Made by a program: the position numbers and the translations under genes. A stretch of DNA of 64,000 nt. Origin: Candidatus Nomurabacteria bacterium (GTDB lineage Bacteria > Patescibacteriota > Dojkabacteria > SC72 > JAHDCA01). Positions 47,465-57,050 of this stretch are shown in pieces; within the stretch, counting starts at the first letter, position 1, and every line of letters begins with the position of its first letter. Under the pieces are notes generated by a model that was not told the DNA's origin, made no database searches, and saw only the letters and a program-made list of their open reading frames with translations. The DNA is taken from positions 172,971 to 236,970 of the forward strand of contig JACKFQ010000002.1 in assembly GCA_020632395.1 (NCBI GenBank), given 5' to 3'.

Positions 47465-47714
47465 GAAGTATCAGTATCATTGCAAGGAATCCACCGATCA
47501 ATGATATGAGAAGGTGTATAGTAGTTGCAAACATTACCTTGCCAGAATGTGGTGTTTTTATTGTATCAGCGAGTATTCTTACCCTAAGCAAGAGTAAAAA
47601 TGAATAAAGAATGTAACCAACTAATAGTACGAAAAACAGAAGTTTGAAAACAAAATTGATCCCCAAAAAAGATACTGAAGGTGTTGGTCCTGAGAGTCCG
47701 TCTAAAAAGTTCAT
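47457..47714 (-). CDS. Small 2-TM membrane protein (85 aa)
   Basis: Two hydrophobic helices (FVFKLLFFVLLVGYILYSFLLLL and TTIHLLISLIGGFLAMILILLA). Overlaps neighbours by 1-8 nt. Confidence 0.4.
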   Translation of the reverse strand: MNFLDGLSGPTPSVSFLGINFVFKLLFFVLLVGYILYSFLLLLRVRILADTIKTPHSGKVMFATTIHLLISLIGGFLAMILILLA

Positions 47715-48349
47715 TAGATCTGTCCTTTCTGTTTCATTTCAAGTAAATCTAATAAGGTATCCTGAACATCTCGTGGTCTAGGGATGTTGATGAATTCAAA
47801 TTCCGGCTTTGAACCAGCTGTTTGGATATAAACAGTACCGTAATCAAAAATAGATCCCCAAATTCCTGCAACAGTATGAGTGACATCTTCGATCTGCTCT
47901 AATTGTGCCTCAGAAAATCTGTGAAATAGTACGTTAGAGAAATCTACATCTACTATCCTTTGATCTGTAATGATACTCACTGAAAAGAACCACTTAACAA
48001 AGGTATCAAATGCGATCGTGATGGCCAGTAGTATAAAGAATATCGACCCCCCAGCACCTAAACTAGCTAAGGATGTTCCCTCTACACCTATCGCACCCAG
48101 TACAGAAAAAAAGAACAGTGGGAAGAGCAATAAAAAGATCACTCCAAGGATATTTAAGATCAAAGATGCCGGATCTCTCCTGACTATCAACACAACACAT
48201 TCCCCAGAATCCTTTCCCTGAAAATCCACCTTCTGAGGAAATGAACAAAAAGAGGAAAAACCTGATTTATCAGTATCATTCTGGATCTTACCTATGAAAG
48301 AAAGTCCCGGCTTAAGGAATCTCTCGGGTATCACGGTCTTTTTAGCCAT
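47714..48349 (-). CDS. Membrane protein with a bacterial PH-like (YdbS/YdbT-type) architecture; function unknown
   Basis: Two adjacent TM helices (ILNILGVIFLLLFPLFFFSVLGAIGV; GGSIFFILLAITIAFDTFVKWFF) followed by a soluble beta-rich domain. Confidence 0.4.
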   Translation of the reverse strand: MAKKTVIPERFLKPGLSFIGKIQNDTDKSGFSSFCSFPQKVDFQGKDSGECVVLIVRRDPASLILNILGVIFLLLFPLFFFSVLGAIGVEGTSLASLGAGGSIFFILLAITIAFDTFVKWFFSVSIITDQRIVDVDFSNVLFHRFSEAQLEQIEDVTHTVAGIWGSIFDYGTVYIQTAGSKPEFEFINIPRPRDVQDTLLDLLEMKQKGQI

Positions 48350-48403
48350 ACACCAGTATATAATATCTTATATAGGATTATAACACATTTAGTATCGTAT
48401 TTC

Positions 48404-50206
48404 CTATTTCCTTTCGATATTCAGAAATGCAAATCCGGATTGTGGTACTGCTAGATATCCAGGAGCACGGGTATTGAAGACAGCTTTGAAATCCGCTCCA
48501 GACAATGATACAACCCCACGATTTGTACTGAAAGAAATAAGGTCGGTTTGACCAGAGGAGCCTAAGCTGACTCCAGGATAGCCTATGATACTTGTCACTG
48601 GTGCGGAGAGGAGAGATCGCATCTCAGACATACTGTATGGGTTACCCGAAAAACCAGAGTAGGTACAGGTATTTACGGTAACAGGCAGGATCCTTCCATC
48701 ATCCACACTTCCTGTAACGCCTTCTCGATTCATTACCAACCAGGTATTTAGAATATCTGCCATCTCCTCCTGTGTCATCCATGGATATCGGCCACATGAA
48801 CTGGAAGAATCGCTATATCCACTTCTATACCATGCCTTGTAGAACCAGGGACTTCCTGCGATGCTCTCGTATGCTCTAGCAGTCCAATCTCCCCCTCCCG
48901 TACGATCTGTAGTATCCCAACCAGACGTATCAAGATATCCTCCTGCAGTGGAAGAATAGAAGGTGACGACATCCTCAAGCACCATACCACGAGTTTCATC
49001 TACAGCCTGTTTCCATAAAGCAGGTGGTGCATCTGCTTTCGGTTTATAAAAAACCTGACAAGCCTCAGTGACACAGATCTCGATATTATCTCTGTAATAT
49101 CTATACGCATATGTTCTAGCTGCAACAGCTTGCGCTTTCTGTGCCTCAAGACTCCAGGAGGATGGCATTTCAGCTATCCCATACAAATAATATGATTCAA
49201 AATCAACAGATCCCTGGCCAGCTACTTTGATCTTTCCTGAAGTATCTTTAAGTACAGGTGTTTTGCCGTAATATGCCTGTAAGATCTGCTGATAGTTCTG
49301 TCCGGATTCGGCTCTTGCCAATGCACCATATTGACTCATTCCTTTTCTATGGGTGTAAGCGCCAAAAGAAAACACCGCAAAAGAACCGGCCGGAGCACTT
49401 TCTCTAAAACCTGCTGCTGTTGAGTAGTAATCCCCTCCGGTAGGTAATGAGCCTACAGATGGGACATAAGCACCCGATCGAGCAAGAAGGATAGCCTCTT
49501 GTAGTTCGGTGATCTTACTGTTCAGCAAACCTATTTCATTTTGGAGTTGCCCTTTGGCAGCTGTGCGCGCGGCAATTTCTCTCTCTAACTTAGCTTGTTC
49601 TGATGACAATATCGCCTTTGATTCATCCAGAGCCTCTCCTTCAGCTTCTAACTTGATCCTCTGTTGCTCTAAAGCATCTCGTTTTACTTGCATATCGCCA
49701 AGTTGAACATTTAACTCTTCGATGTTCTGGCGTTGTTTCTCTAACGTATATTTCTTTAAGATATAGCTTCGCAACATACTTGACCCAGTATCTTCACTCA
49801 AAAACACATCGAACATATTTACCTTCGAGTTGATATATAGTCTCCGTGAGATCGCTTGAACCTGATCTATACGTTCGGTTATTAGATCCTCATGATACCT
49901 GATCTGTTCTTCCTTATTCTGAATATCAGCCTGTGTATCTGCAATATTCTGCTCCATCTCTTGGATCTGTTCTTCGATCGCAGAGATCTTTTGACTCAAG
50001 GTTAAAGAGCTGTTAAGAATCGACTCTATCTCGGATTGGGTTTTCTCTAGTATCTGTTGTTTGTATTCTTTCTCTTGTTGTGTCTTCTCCAATTCTTGCT
50101 CCAGATCATCAACCGAATCTTGTGAATGCACAATCAGCACAATATTACTGGATATCGTAGCAAGAGATACTGTTATGATGATAGCGATTAAGAATTTCTT
50201 CAACAT
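48404..50206 (-). CDS. Secreted coiled-coil protein with C-terminal SpoIID/LytB domain (peptidoglycan-remodelling)
   Basis: Signal/anchor LIAIIITVSLATISSNIVLIV. About 230 aa of heptad-rich coiled coil (QQILEKTQSEIES...). Then YYLYGIAEMPSSWSLEAQKAQAVAARTYAYRYY, matching the SpoIID signature (..E.P.sw..EALKAQAVAARTYA). Confidence 0.6.
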   Translation of the reverse strand: MLKKFLIAIIITVSLATISSNIVLIVHSQDSVDDLEQELEKTQQEKEYKQQILEKTQSEIESILNSSLTLSQKISAIEEQIQEMEQNIADTQADIQNKEEQIRYHEDLITERIDQVQAISRRLYINSKVNMFDVFLSEDTGSSMLRSYILKKYTLEKQRQNIEELNVQLGDMQVKRDALEQQRIKLEAEGEALDESKAILSSEQAKLEREIAARTAAKGQLQNEIGLLNSKITELQEAILLARSGAYVPSVGSLPTGGDYYSTAAGFRESAPAGSFAVFSFGAYTHRKGMSQYGALARAESGQNYQQILQAYYGKTPVLKDTSGKIKVAGQGSVDFESYYLYGIAEMPSSWSLEAQKAQAVAARTYAYRYYRDNIEICVTEACQVFYKPKADAPPALWKQAVDETRGMVLEDVVTFYSSTAGGYLDTSGWDTTDRTGGGDWTARAYESIAGSPWFYKAWYRSGYSDSSSSCGRYPWMTQEEMADILNTWLVMNREGVTGSVDDGRILPVTVNTCTYSGFSGNPYSMSEMRSLLSAPVTSIIGYPGVSLGSSGQTDLISFSTNRGVVSLSGADFKAVFNTRAPGYLAVPQSGFAFLNIERK

Positions 50207-50214
50207 AATGTCGA

Positions 50215-50880
50215 TCAGTAGTTTTTCACTTTATCAGACATCGAAACGGTATTGTATGCCTCTTCCTTATTGAATCTGTCATACCGTCTGAATACTGCCA
50301 ATGTACCTGCACCGATCATAAGCAGTGCCATACCCGCAACTGCAGGGTAATCATCCAAGAAGGAGGCTTGTGGAAGTGTCGTAGTAGTGTAAGAAGTACC
50401 AGAGGGAACATAATTTGAGATAGTATAATTGCCACCAACAAGTGAGTCGACCACAACTGAATCATCCGCATTCTGCATTGTCATACTGACAGTTCCGTTA
50501 CCTGTTGTACGAAAGACCAATTTTGCTATCGTGCCACTATTTGGTAGTTTTCCATCAGACTGAACACTCGCCAGACACAAAATACTTAAACGCCCAGAAG
50601 TAGTTTTATTTACAACAAGGGTTCCACAACCTAACGTTCCAGCAGAATAGCTAGAAAACTCTACAGGTCCAGTGTAGATCAGATCTATGTCAAATCCAAC
50701 TACTGGGTCACCTGTATTGTTTACCACGACATCTATGAAGATATTTTGAGAAAACGTGCCTGTCGCAGGAGAAAGATTGATCGCTGCTCCGGCATAGACA
50801 CTCTGCAATGGGGAAAATAGGAGTAGAAACATCACTACTGCGACTTTGGATAGAAAGACTGGAGTTGTGAGTATTTTCAT
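50215..50880 (-). CDS. Secreted beta-rich protein with cleavable signal peptide and a C-terminal motif-TM-basic tail (LPQAS..hydrophobic..RRYDR)
   Basis: Signal peptide VAVVMFLLLFSPLQSVYAGA. Ig/cohesin-like Thr/Gly/Val-rich body. C-terminus TTTLPQASFLDDYPAVAGMALLMIGAGTLAVFRRYDRFNKEE... resembles a sorting signal, but the motif is not LPXTG and the tail is long. Confidence 0.45.
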   Translation of the reverse strand: MKILTTPVFLSKVAVVMFLLLFSPLQSVYAGAAINLSPATGTFSQNIFIDVVVNNTGDPVVGFDIDLIYTGPVEFSSYSAGTLGCGTLVVNKTTSGRLSILCLASVQSDGKLPNSGTIAKLVFRTTGNGTVSMTMQNADDSVVVDSLVGGNYTISNYVPSGTSYTTTTLPQASFLDDYPAVAGMALLMIGAGTLAVFRRYDRFNKEEAYNTVSMSDKVKNY

Positions 50881-50897
50881 GGGCAGAAACTAATTAG

Positions 50898-51500
50898 TTA
50901 TAATGGTTGACCTACTGGTAGATACTGCATATCAGGTGATAAGAGATTTTCACTTGATCCTACTTCTAGAACGGTACTTTGATTGCTATTTTGATCATTT
51001 ACCACTAATTCAGCCGATGTATCAGGGTCATAGATTATCGTCCCTAATTCAATTGTGCCATCTATTACACTACTCGCATTTCCAGGAAACCTAAAAAATA
51101 CCAGATTTAGTATATTGTCAGCATAAGTGTAATAACACTCGAATTCTGGATCACAGATAACATCTTTTATGTCGAGATTGCCATTGATATACATATCAAA
51201 TTCTGCTCCTGCAAGTATAGTCGGCTTAGATAAGACCATTTCCAATACGCCCTCACCTATAGTAGCATTGTTCAGTCTCACAACAGCGACATTACCTACC
51301 GGATTAACTACATTATCTGTAGTAGTTGTCGATGTTCCATAGATCTGTGGTTCAGAAGGAGATTTATCTGAAGAAATTGTGATAAGCCCATCGACACCTG
51401 TCAGAAAAACGTAGAAGAAGAACAGAAATGAGCCGAGCGAGACTAAAACCAGACTCTTTAACTGTTTCTCTTGCTCTGTTTCATTCATTACTTTAGACAT
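50898..51500 (-). CDS. N-terminally anchored beta-rich protein (200 aa), possibly pilus-associated
   Basis: TM SLVLVSLGSFLFFFYVFLTGV followed by a soluble beta-rich domain. It lies directly downstream of the pilin array on the same strand. Confidence 0.4.
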   Translation of the reverse strand: MSKVMNETEQEKQLKSLVLVSLGSFLFFFYVFLTGVDGLITISSDKSPSEPQIYGTSTTTTDNVVNPVGNVAVVRLNNATIGEGVLEMVLSKPTILAGAEFDMYINGNLDIKDVICDPEFECYYTYADNILNLVFFRFPGNASSVIDGTIELGTIIYDPDTSAELVVNDQNSNQSTVLEVGSSENLLSPDMQYLPVGQPL

Positions 51501-51603
51501 CAGTGTATTGGGACTGAATTAATATTACACCTTCATTCTATCACAAAGTGTCTGTGAGTAAAGAAATTCGAGGCTGAAAACACCTCTGTTTGATGATATA
51601 TCC

Positions 51604-51966
51604 TTAGATCTGAGCTTGGATGATATTTCCAAGCACAAACTTGACAAGAAGTACGGACACGAAACAGATGATCAAACCAATTACTGCATATGTTATCCCT
51701 TTCGTAGCCTTTTCAACCTTACTCTCATCCCCACCGGAGATTATGTATAAAATTCCGTTGTAAACGAGGAATACCACTGCGATAAGACCCGCCATTCCAA
51801 TTGCAAGACTTATCACTCTATTTACAAAAGTTATCAGATCGCTATCTCCAGTGGGATTAGGTGGTAAAAAGCTCAAAAATTCTACCGCTCTAACAGGTAG
51901 GGATAACACTGAGAAGATCGATAAAACGATGAACGATCGTACAGCCACCTTATTAACCATTTTCAT
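51604..51966 (-). CDS. VirB2/TrbC-like T4SS pilin paralog 1
   Basis: Signal peptide (..SIFSVLSLPVRA), then hydrophobic helix - GGDESKVEKATKG loop - second hydrophobic helix (LISLAIGMAGLIAVVFLVYNGILYIISGGDESKVEKATKGITYAVIGLIICFVSVLLVKFVL). Shares the family signature with five neighbours. Confidence 0.65.
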   Translation of the reverse strand: MKMVNKVAVRSFIVLSIFSVLSLPVRAVEFLSFLPPNPTGDSDLITFVNRVISLAIGMAGLIAVVFLVYNGILYIISGGDESKVEKATKGITYAVIGLIICFVSVLLVKFVLGNIIQAQI

Positions 51967-52043
51967 ACTATTTGTTGTGATGTAATATTATCTAATTTCG
52001 CAAACATCATTTCTAAGATCCTGTCTTGACGATATCTTTCGTG

Positions 52044-52358
52044 TTATGTTTCCAAGAATTTAACAACAGAGAAGAGTATCATTCCAAAGATCGACAAAAA
52101 GATCAGTCCCAAAACTGCCCAAGTAAGTATCCCTTGAGCCTTCTTGACTTTGGCTGGATCTCCTCCAGACATCATCCATACATACCCTCCATACACCATA
52201 TAACCTAACGCAAGCAAACCTCCAAACGGTAAAAGAAGAGCCATGATCCTATCAAAGATCGCAGTAAGACCGTCTATTCTAGGTGGCGGGGCTGCAAGAG
52301 CCACCCCGGGTAAGAGTAGATACAGTCCAATTAACGATATCGAGAGTACTCTTTTCAT
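52044..52358 (-). CDS. VirB2/TrbC-like T4SS pilin paralog 2
   Basis: Signal peptide LLLPGVALAA, then ..LLPFGGLLALGYMVYGGYVWMMSGGDPAKVKKAQGILTWAVLGLIFLSIFGMILF. Confidence 0.65.
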   Translation of the reverse strand: MKRVLSISLIGLYLLLPGVALAAPPPRIDGLTAIFDRIMALLLPFGGLLALGYMVYGGYVWMMSGGDPAKVKKAQGILTWAVLGLIFLSIFGMILFSVVKFLET

Positions 52359-52628
52359 TTATACGCTTTGAATAATATTTTCTAATATAAACCTTACAAT
52401 AAGCGGTGATATAAATGCAATAATTAATCCCAGAACGGTATAGATCATCATTTTTTGTGCTTTTTCAGCCTTTTCACCTCCAGCGGAAATGATATATGTA
52501 AATCCGGCATAGATCAGAAATATCACTGCAAGTAGACCTGTTAAAGCAACAACTAATTCTATCGTTGATTGAGCGAATACTATCAGATCAGTATATCCCG
52601 TATTGTTTAAGCTACTAATTTCGAACAT
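52359..52628 (-). CDS. VirB2/TrbC-like T4SS pilin paralog 3 (no obvious signal peptide)
   Basis: ELVVALTGLLAVIFLIYAGFTYIISAGGEKAEKAQKMMIYTVLGLIIAFISPLIVRFIL. The gene is contiguous with paralog 2, with no gap between them. Confidence 0.6.
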   Translation of the reverse strand: MFEISSLNNTGYTDLIVFAQSTIELVVALTGLLAVIFLIYAGFTYIISAGGEKAEKAQKMMIYTVLGLIIAFISPLIVRFILENIIQSV

Positions 52629-52707
52629 AACCTTGATAACTCACTTTAAAGAACAAGACACCCGTTGGGCAGGGTGTCTTGAAATTGTTAATTGCAAAGA
52701 TCCTGAC

Positions 52708-53067
52708 TTAAACCTTGAGAACTTGTTTAAGTACAAACTCAACGATCAGAACAGCAATGAAGCAGATGATAAGACCAATGACTGAGTACTGTATACCTTT
52801 AGTAGCTTTTTCCACCTTACCTTCATCACCTGATGCAAGGATATACTGAACACCACTATAGACCAGTACACCTACAGCTATAAGTCCTGCCAATCCGATA
52901 GCGAGATTTAAAGTATTTCTAATAAATTCGATCAATTCACCACCTGCTTGGTTTGTTATACCTTGAATATAGTTACTAGGAGGCTGACCTTGTGCCATAA
53001 CAGAAGCAACTGCTGTCTGCATGATGACGGAAGCTGAAACCACATACTTAGCAATTTTCTTGAACAT
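52708..53067 (-). CDS. VirB2/TrbC-like T4SS pilin paralog 4
   Basis: From ATG 53067 the product is MFKKIAKYVVSASVIMQTAVASVMAQG (signal peptide), then ..LNLAIGLAGLIAVGVLVYSGVQYILASGDEGKVEKATKGIQYSVIGLIICFIAVLIVEFVL. The track ORF, which extends to 53151, starts at an upstream alternative codon. Confidence 0.65.
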   Translation of the reverse strand: MFKKIAKYVVSASVIMQTAVASVMAQGQPPSNYIQGITNQAGGELIEFIRNTLNLAIGLAGLIAVGVLVYSGVQYILASGDEGKVEKATKGIQYSVIGLIICFIAVLIVEFVLKQVLKV

Positions 53068-53162
53068 ACTAGAATTGCATAAAATTATTTTTATAGGATA
53101 GAGCATTATATTACTTCGACCTACAATTTGCAACATAATAGCTCCTTCCAATTAGTGTATCA

Positions 53163-53510
53163 TCAGATGAGAACTGTATCAATAATGTATAACAGGATCA
53201 TCCTTGATATAAAAACTATCACTAAACCTATAACTGTATTGGTGATAATATTTGTTGCTTTTGTGATCTTATCCGGATCCCCTCCAGCGAGGATAAAGTT
53301 ATACCCTGCGTAAACGAGCAGGATAACAGCAACTAAGGCAGAAAACCCAGTGAACCAACCGATCGCAACCTGGATCTTGACGATCACATCATCTAAACTA
53401 CCCGGTCCGTAGCCTATACATACACCCATCCAACAAGATGCAGATAATCCTGTGCTGAACTCTCGGATCTTTTTTTCCAACCTGCTTTTTGTATTATCTA
53501 TCAAGATCAT
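53163..53510 (-). CDS. VirB2/TrbC-like T4SS pilin paralog 5
   Basis: ..VAIGWFTGFSALVAVILLVYAGYNFILAGGDPDKITKATNIITNTVIGLVIVFISRMILLYII. ATGA overlap with paralog 6. Confidence 0.6.
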   Translation of the reverse strand: MILIDNTKSRLEKKIREFSTGLSASCWMGVCIGYGPGSLDDVIVKIQVAIGWFTGFSALVAVILLVYAGYNFILAGGDPDKITKATNIITNTVIGLVIVFISRMILLYIIDTVLI

Positions 53511-53881
53511 GGTATGTTCGGCAAATTTAATAGGTTCTGAATGATCACTAAAACAGCTACAGAGAGTATGATCAGACCGAAGCCAAGTATAGCATTTGTT
53601 AAAACCTCCCTAGCCTGTCCGAGTTTCTCAGGATCTCCTTGACTAGTGATAAGTAGGAACCCTGCATAGCCACTCAAACCGATCAGTGCAAAAACAGAGA
53701 GCGGTATAGATAACTCAAGAACCCCTTTCACGAAAGTAGTTTGGTCAGTTGCCGCTGAAATATCATTTATTCTGTCGCTTAAAACATCCGCACGAGCCAC
53801 AAAAGGCGTGCTAAATGACACGAACAAGATGAACATGGTGAACGCCATTACTAATTTGTACTTCGAAGTTGTAGTTTTCAT
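53507..53881 (-). CDS. VirB2/TrbC-like T4SS pilin paralog 6 (first gene of the array)
   Basis: Signal peptide LVMAFTMFILFVSFSTPFVARA, then ..LSIPLSVFALIGLSGYAGFLLITSQGDPEKLGQAREVLTNAILGFGLIILSVAVLVII. Confidence 0.65.
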   Translation of the reverse strand: MKTTTSKYKLVMAFTMFILFVSFSTPFVARADVLSDRINDISAATDQTTFVKGVLELSIPLSVFALIGLSGYAGFLLITSQGDPEKLGQAREVLTNAILGFGLIILSVAVLVIIQNLLNLPNIP

Positions 53882-53918
53882 TATTTTCCGACTTTGCCGG
53901 GTGATTATACCCTATAAC

Positions 53919-56900
53919 CTATATATCAGCCAACGCATCCTCACAGATCTCACGATAATCACAGTACGAGCAATGAAAGCCTGGCGTTGCGACGAAATCC
54001 ATCTGTCGTATCCTCTCGACCAGGTGCAAGATATGTTCTTTTACCTCATCTTTTCTTTCTTGCCCAATATTTACGCTTATTTTTGCACCATGCTCAACAA
54101 AAATCAAACTTGCAGATCTCACCTTATACCCAAAAACCTCTTCTGCGACAATAGAGTATATCGCAAGCTGGACATTGTCACGAACATCCGCCTCTGACTT
54201 TAGCTTTCCGGTTTTATAGTCTATTAGTTCAACGATCTTCTGCCCATTTTTCTCCTCTAAGACATCTATCCTATCTATCATTCCTTTTAGTATGATGTCT
54301 TTTAGTTGATATCTAAAGGACACTTCTAAACCGACAGTCACACTTTGAGGATCGAACTGTTCCCTATAGAAATCCTTTAAGATACTTTGGCCGAATTCCT
54401 TTCTGGCTTTCTCGTGCTCCAAACTATCATAGCCTTCCGTTATCCATTTCTGATCGTAATACTGCAAAAGATCGTTGAGTTGAGGCTCCTTGGCAAAGCC
54501 CTGTAGACCTTCTTGGTAATTTTTCAATTGAGAATAAAATGAACGCAATGAGTTATGAATACTTAAACCAAAGGCAAGAGAGGAGCTGGGACGTCCAGGG
54601 ATCTTGTATATGTAACTGTATTTATATCGTTTAGGGCATGTCTCATAAGTATCAAGTTGTGAATAACTGACCGTTTGAGGATCCAATCCCCTCAACTGTT
54701 TGAATTCAATATCATCATTTTCGGTAGAGACATGTACTACGAAATCTGATTTTTCATTAGCCGAATCTTTGTCTGCCCCGAATTCCTCTACAACCTTCCT
54801 GTTCAACAGTTCATCAAGAAATACACTCGGTTTCTTTGCTCGCTTAGCATCGCCATAGAAACGAGCAGCTGTAAGGTAAAGCAATTCTTGAGCTCGGGTA
54901 GCCCCCACATAGAACAAACGTCGCTCCTCTCGTCTATGCTCTTCAGAGGTATCAACATCAGCTATGTGATCTTTGATCAATGCGTCAGGGATAGGGATAC
55001 TATCGCCTCGATTCCTTGTAGGGAATCTTTCTGATACAAGGTTTACTAGGAATACAACAGGGAATTCAAGCCCTTTCGACCTATGAACGCTCATGATATT
55101 TACCGCATCATACCCTTCTAATGCATCCGACTCTGTAGAAGGATTCTCCCCGATCTCGATACTGTAATTCAGATAATCCACATAATCAGAAACTGAGGCT
55201 CCATGATTCGAATCCTCAAAAGATTTGATCATCTCGAAATATTTACTGATATTTTGAACCTGGAAAAGCGCTTGTGCATCATCCTCCTTAGATAACAGGC
55301 TCTTCATTATCCCGCTTTCTTTGAAGTATTCGAATAATGTTTCACCTATCGATGAACCTGATCGCAACATCGACATACCTTTTCCAATAAGTTGTAAAAG
55401 TTCTTTAAGGTGCTCTCTATGTTCTTCAGAAACTATCTCTTTTAGAAGGTTACTGGGCTCACCATCGATCGAAAGGTCTTCACCAACAGTACAACTCCAC
55501 TGATCCTCAAGAAATCTCATCACGGGGGTCTTCAATCTCCGAGCGCTTCGCATAATATCCACCAATTCCCTAGCGGTAAGTCGCCAAAGATCCATCTTTA
55601 ACAATCCATACATACTCAGATCATCTGTATGATCCGCAAGGATCCGTAGATAAGAAATAAGTTCGGCGATCTCAGGTCTGCTGTATAACCCTTTGGGACC
55701 AGCATATTTGAATGGGATCCCATAATGCTTTAAGGCTTGGACAAATGGCTCTGCATGACTATTTGCTCTAGAAAGGATGGCGATGTCTGAAAAACGCATA
55801 ACCTCTCTCTCTGCGTTATCTACATCCACAAACATAGCCTGCCCCTTATCATCGAACTGTTTCTTAACTATATCGCTTCCTCCGTTAACCTTATCGATAT
55901 TACCTGTCAATCGAAGGATCTCTCTGGCAACCAGATCTGCCTCCTCAGAACCGGTTTCAGCTACGAGTAGTTTTACAGGTTCTGCAATATCCTGATCAAA
56001 TACCTTTCTGGATATAAGACGTTTATCTACAGACTCAGTTACCTCTAACCGATCTGGATCATTATTTTTGATCAGTTGATATGCAGAATCAAGGATTCCC
56101 TGTCTGGAGCGATAATTCGATGTCAACACCACCCTCTTTGCTTTAGGGTATGCATCCTTAAAATGCAAAATATTGGAGATCGCCGCGCCTCGAAATTTGT
56201 ATATCGCCTGATCATCATCACCAACTACTGTAACATTTGCAGAATTCCTCTCCTGCAAGCTACTTTTCTCAACGGTTTGGCCTAATGCGAGCAGATTCAC
56301 AAGGACGCTTTGTGTGTAATTTGTATCTTGGAATTCATCAACCAAGATATATTTATACTTCTGATGATATTTCTGTAAAATATTTGGTCGTTCCCTTAAT
56401 AATCGTAAAGTCTGCATTATCAGATCACCAAAGTCCAAATTGGATTCAGATATCTTCAGTTTTGTATACGCTTCGTATGTTCCAGCTAATTCAAGTGCTT
56501 GTTTCTTCATCGCGATCTCTTCCTCGGATGTCTCAGGGAGAGTAGACGCATATGATCGATAATCCTCAGGAAAGACATCTTCATCTTGTAATCTTGAGAA
56601 GTGCTTCAGTATAGCTGTAATGTTTGCTGAAGGCTTTCCTGTAGGTCGTAGTTCATCTAAGGGAAATTCAAATAAGTGCCTTCTAAAGAAAATGTAACTT
56701 TGTGCCTCTGACATCAGGTCGAAATCGATATCTAAACCGATATACAAGCCATCCTGCCGAAGGATCGAATCACAAAACGAATGGAAGGTCATGATATCTA
56801 CCTCTTCATATCCTATCGGCATCTCCTGATCTACACGTTCTATCATTTCTGAGGAGGCCTTTTCTGTGAATGTAAGTGCCAATATCTCAGAGGCTTTTGC

Positions 56901-57038
56901 TTCTCCAGACCTTAACAGATCGATTATTCGCTGGGTGATGACTGCGGTTTTGCCTGTACCTGCGCCAGCAATTATCAGGAGCGGAGAACCCCTGTGTTTT
57001 ACTGCTGACAGCTGTTCATCATTTAATTTGATCTCCAT
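53919..57038 (-). CDS. UvrD/PcrA-family helicase fused to a C-terminal Cas4/AddB-type PD-(D/E)xK nuclease with a 4-Cys cluster
   Basis: Helicase motifs: LLIIAGAGTGKT (I), ILVDEFQDTN (II), VTVVGDDDQAIYKFRGA, SNYRS (IV), VMSVHRSKGLEF (VI). C-terminal nuclease: ETCPKRYKY...GMIDRIDVLEEKNGQKIVELIDYKTGK...QLAIYSIV...FHCSYCDYREIC. Confidence 0.8.
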   Translation of the reverse strand: MEIKLNDEQLSAVKHRGSPLLIIAGAGTGKTAVITQRIIDLLRSGEAKASEILALTFTEKASSEMIERVDQEMPIGYEEVDIMTFHSFCDSILRQDGLYIGLDIDFDLMSEAQSYIFFRRHLFEFPLDELRPTGKPSANITAILKHFSRLQDEDVFPEDYRSYASTLPETSEEEIAMKKQALELAGTYEAYTKLKISESNLDFGDLIMQTLRLLRERPNILQKYHQKYKYILVDEFQDTNYTQSVLVNLLALGQTVEKSSLQERNSANVTVVGDDDQAIYKFRGAAISNILHFKDAYPKAKRVVLTSNYRSRQGILDSAYQLIKNNDPDRLEVTESVDKRLISRKVFDQDIAEPVKLLVAETGSEEADLVAREILRLTGNIDKVNGGSDIVKKQFDDKGQAMFVDVDNAEREVMRFSDIAILSRANSHAEPFVQALKHYGIPFKYAGPKGLYSRPEIAELISYLRILADHTDDLSMYGLLKMDLWRLTARELVDIMRSARRLKTPVMRFLEDQWSCTVGEDLSIDGEPSNLLKEIVSEEHREHLKELLQLIGKGMSMLRSGSSIGETLFEYFKESGIMKSLLSKEDDAQALFQVQNISKYFEMIKSFEDSNHGASVSDYVDYLNYSIEIGENPSTESDALEGYDAVNIMSVHRSKGLEFPVVFLVNLVSERFPTRNRGDSIPIPDALIKDHIADVDTSEEHRREERRLFYVGATRAQELLYLTAARFYGDAKRAKKPSVFLDELLNRKVVEEFGADKDSANEKSDFVVHVSTENDDIEFKQLRGLDPQTVSYSQLDTYETCPKRYKYSYIYKIPGRPSSSLAFGLSIHNSLRSFYSQLKNYQEGLQGFAKEPQLNDLLQYYDQKWITEGYDSLEHEKARKEFGQSILKDFYREQFDPQSVTVGLEVSFRYQLKDIILKGMIDRIDVLEEKNGQKIVELIDYKTGKLKSEADVRDNVQLAIYSIVAEEVFGYKVRSASLIFVEHGAKISVNIGQERKDEVKEHILHLVERIRQMDFVATPGFHCSYCDYREICEDALADI

Positions 57039-57050
57039 ATATACATTCTA

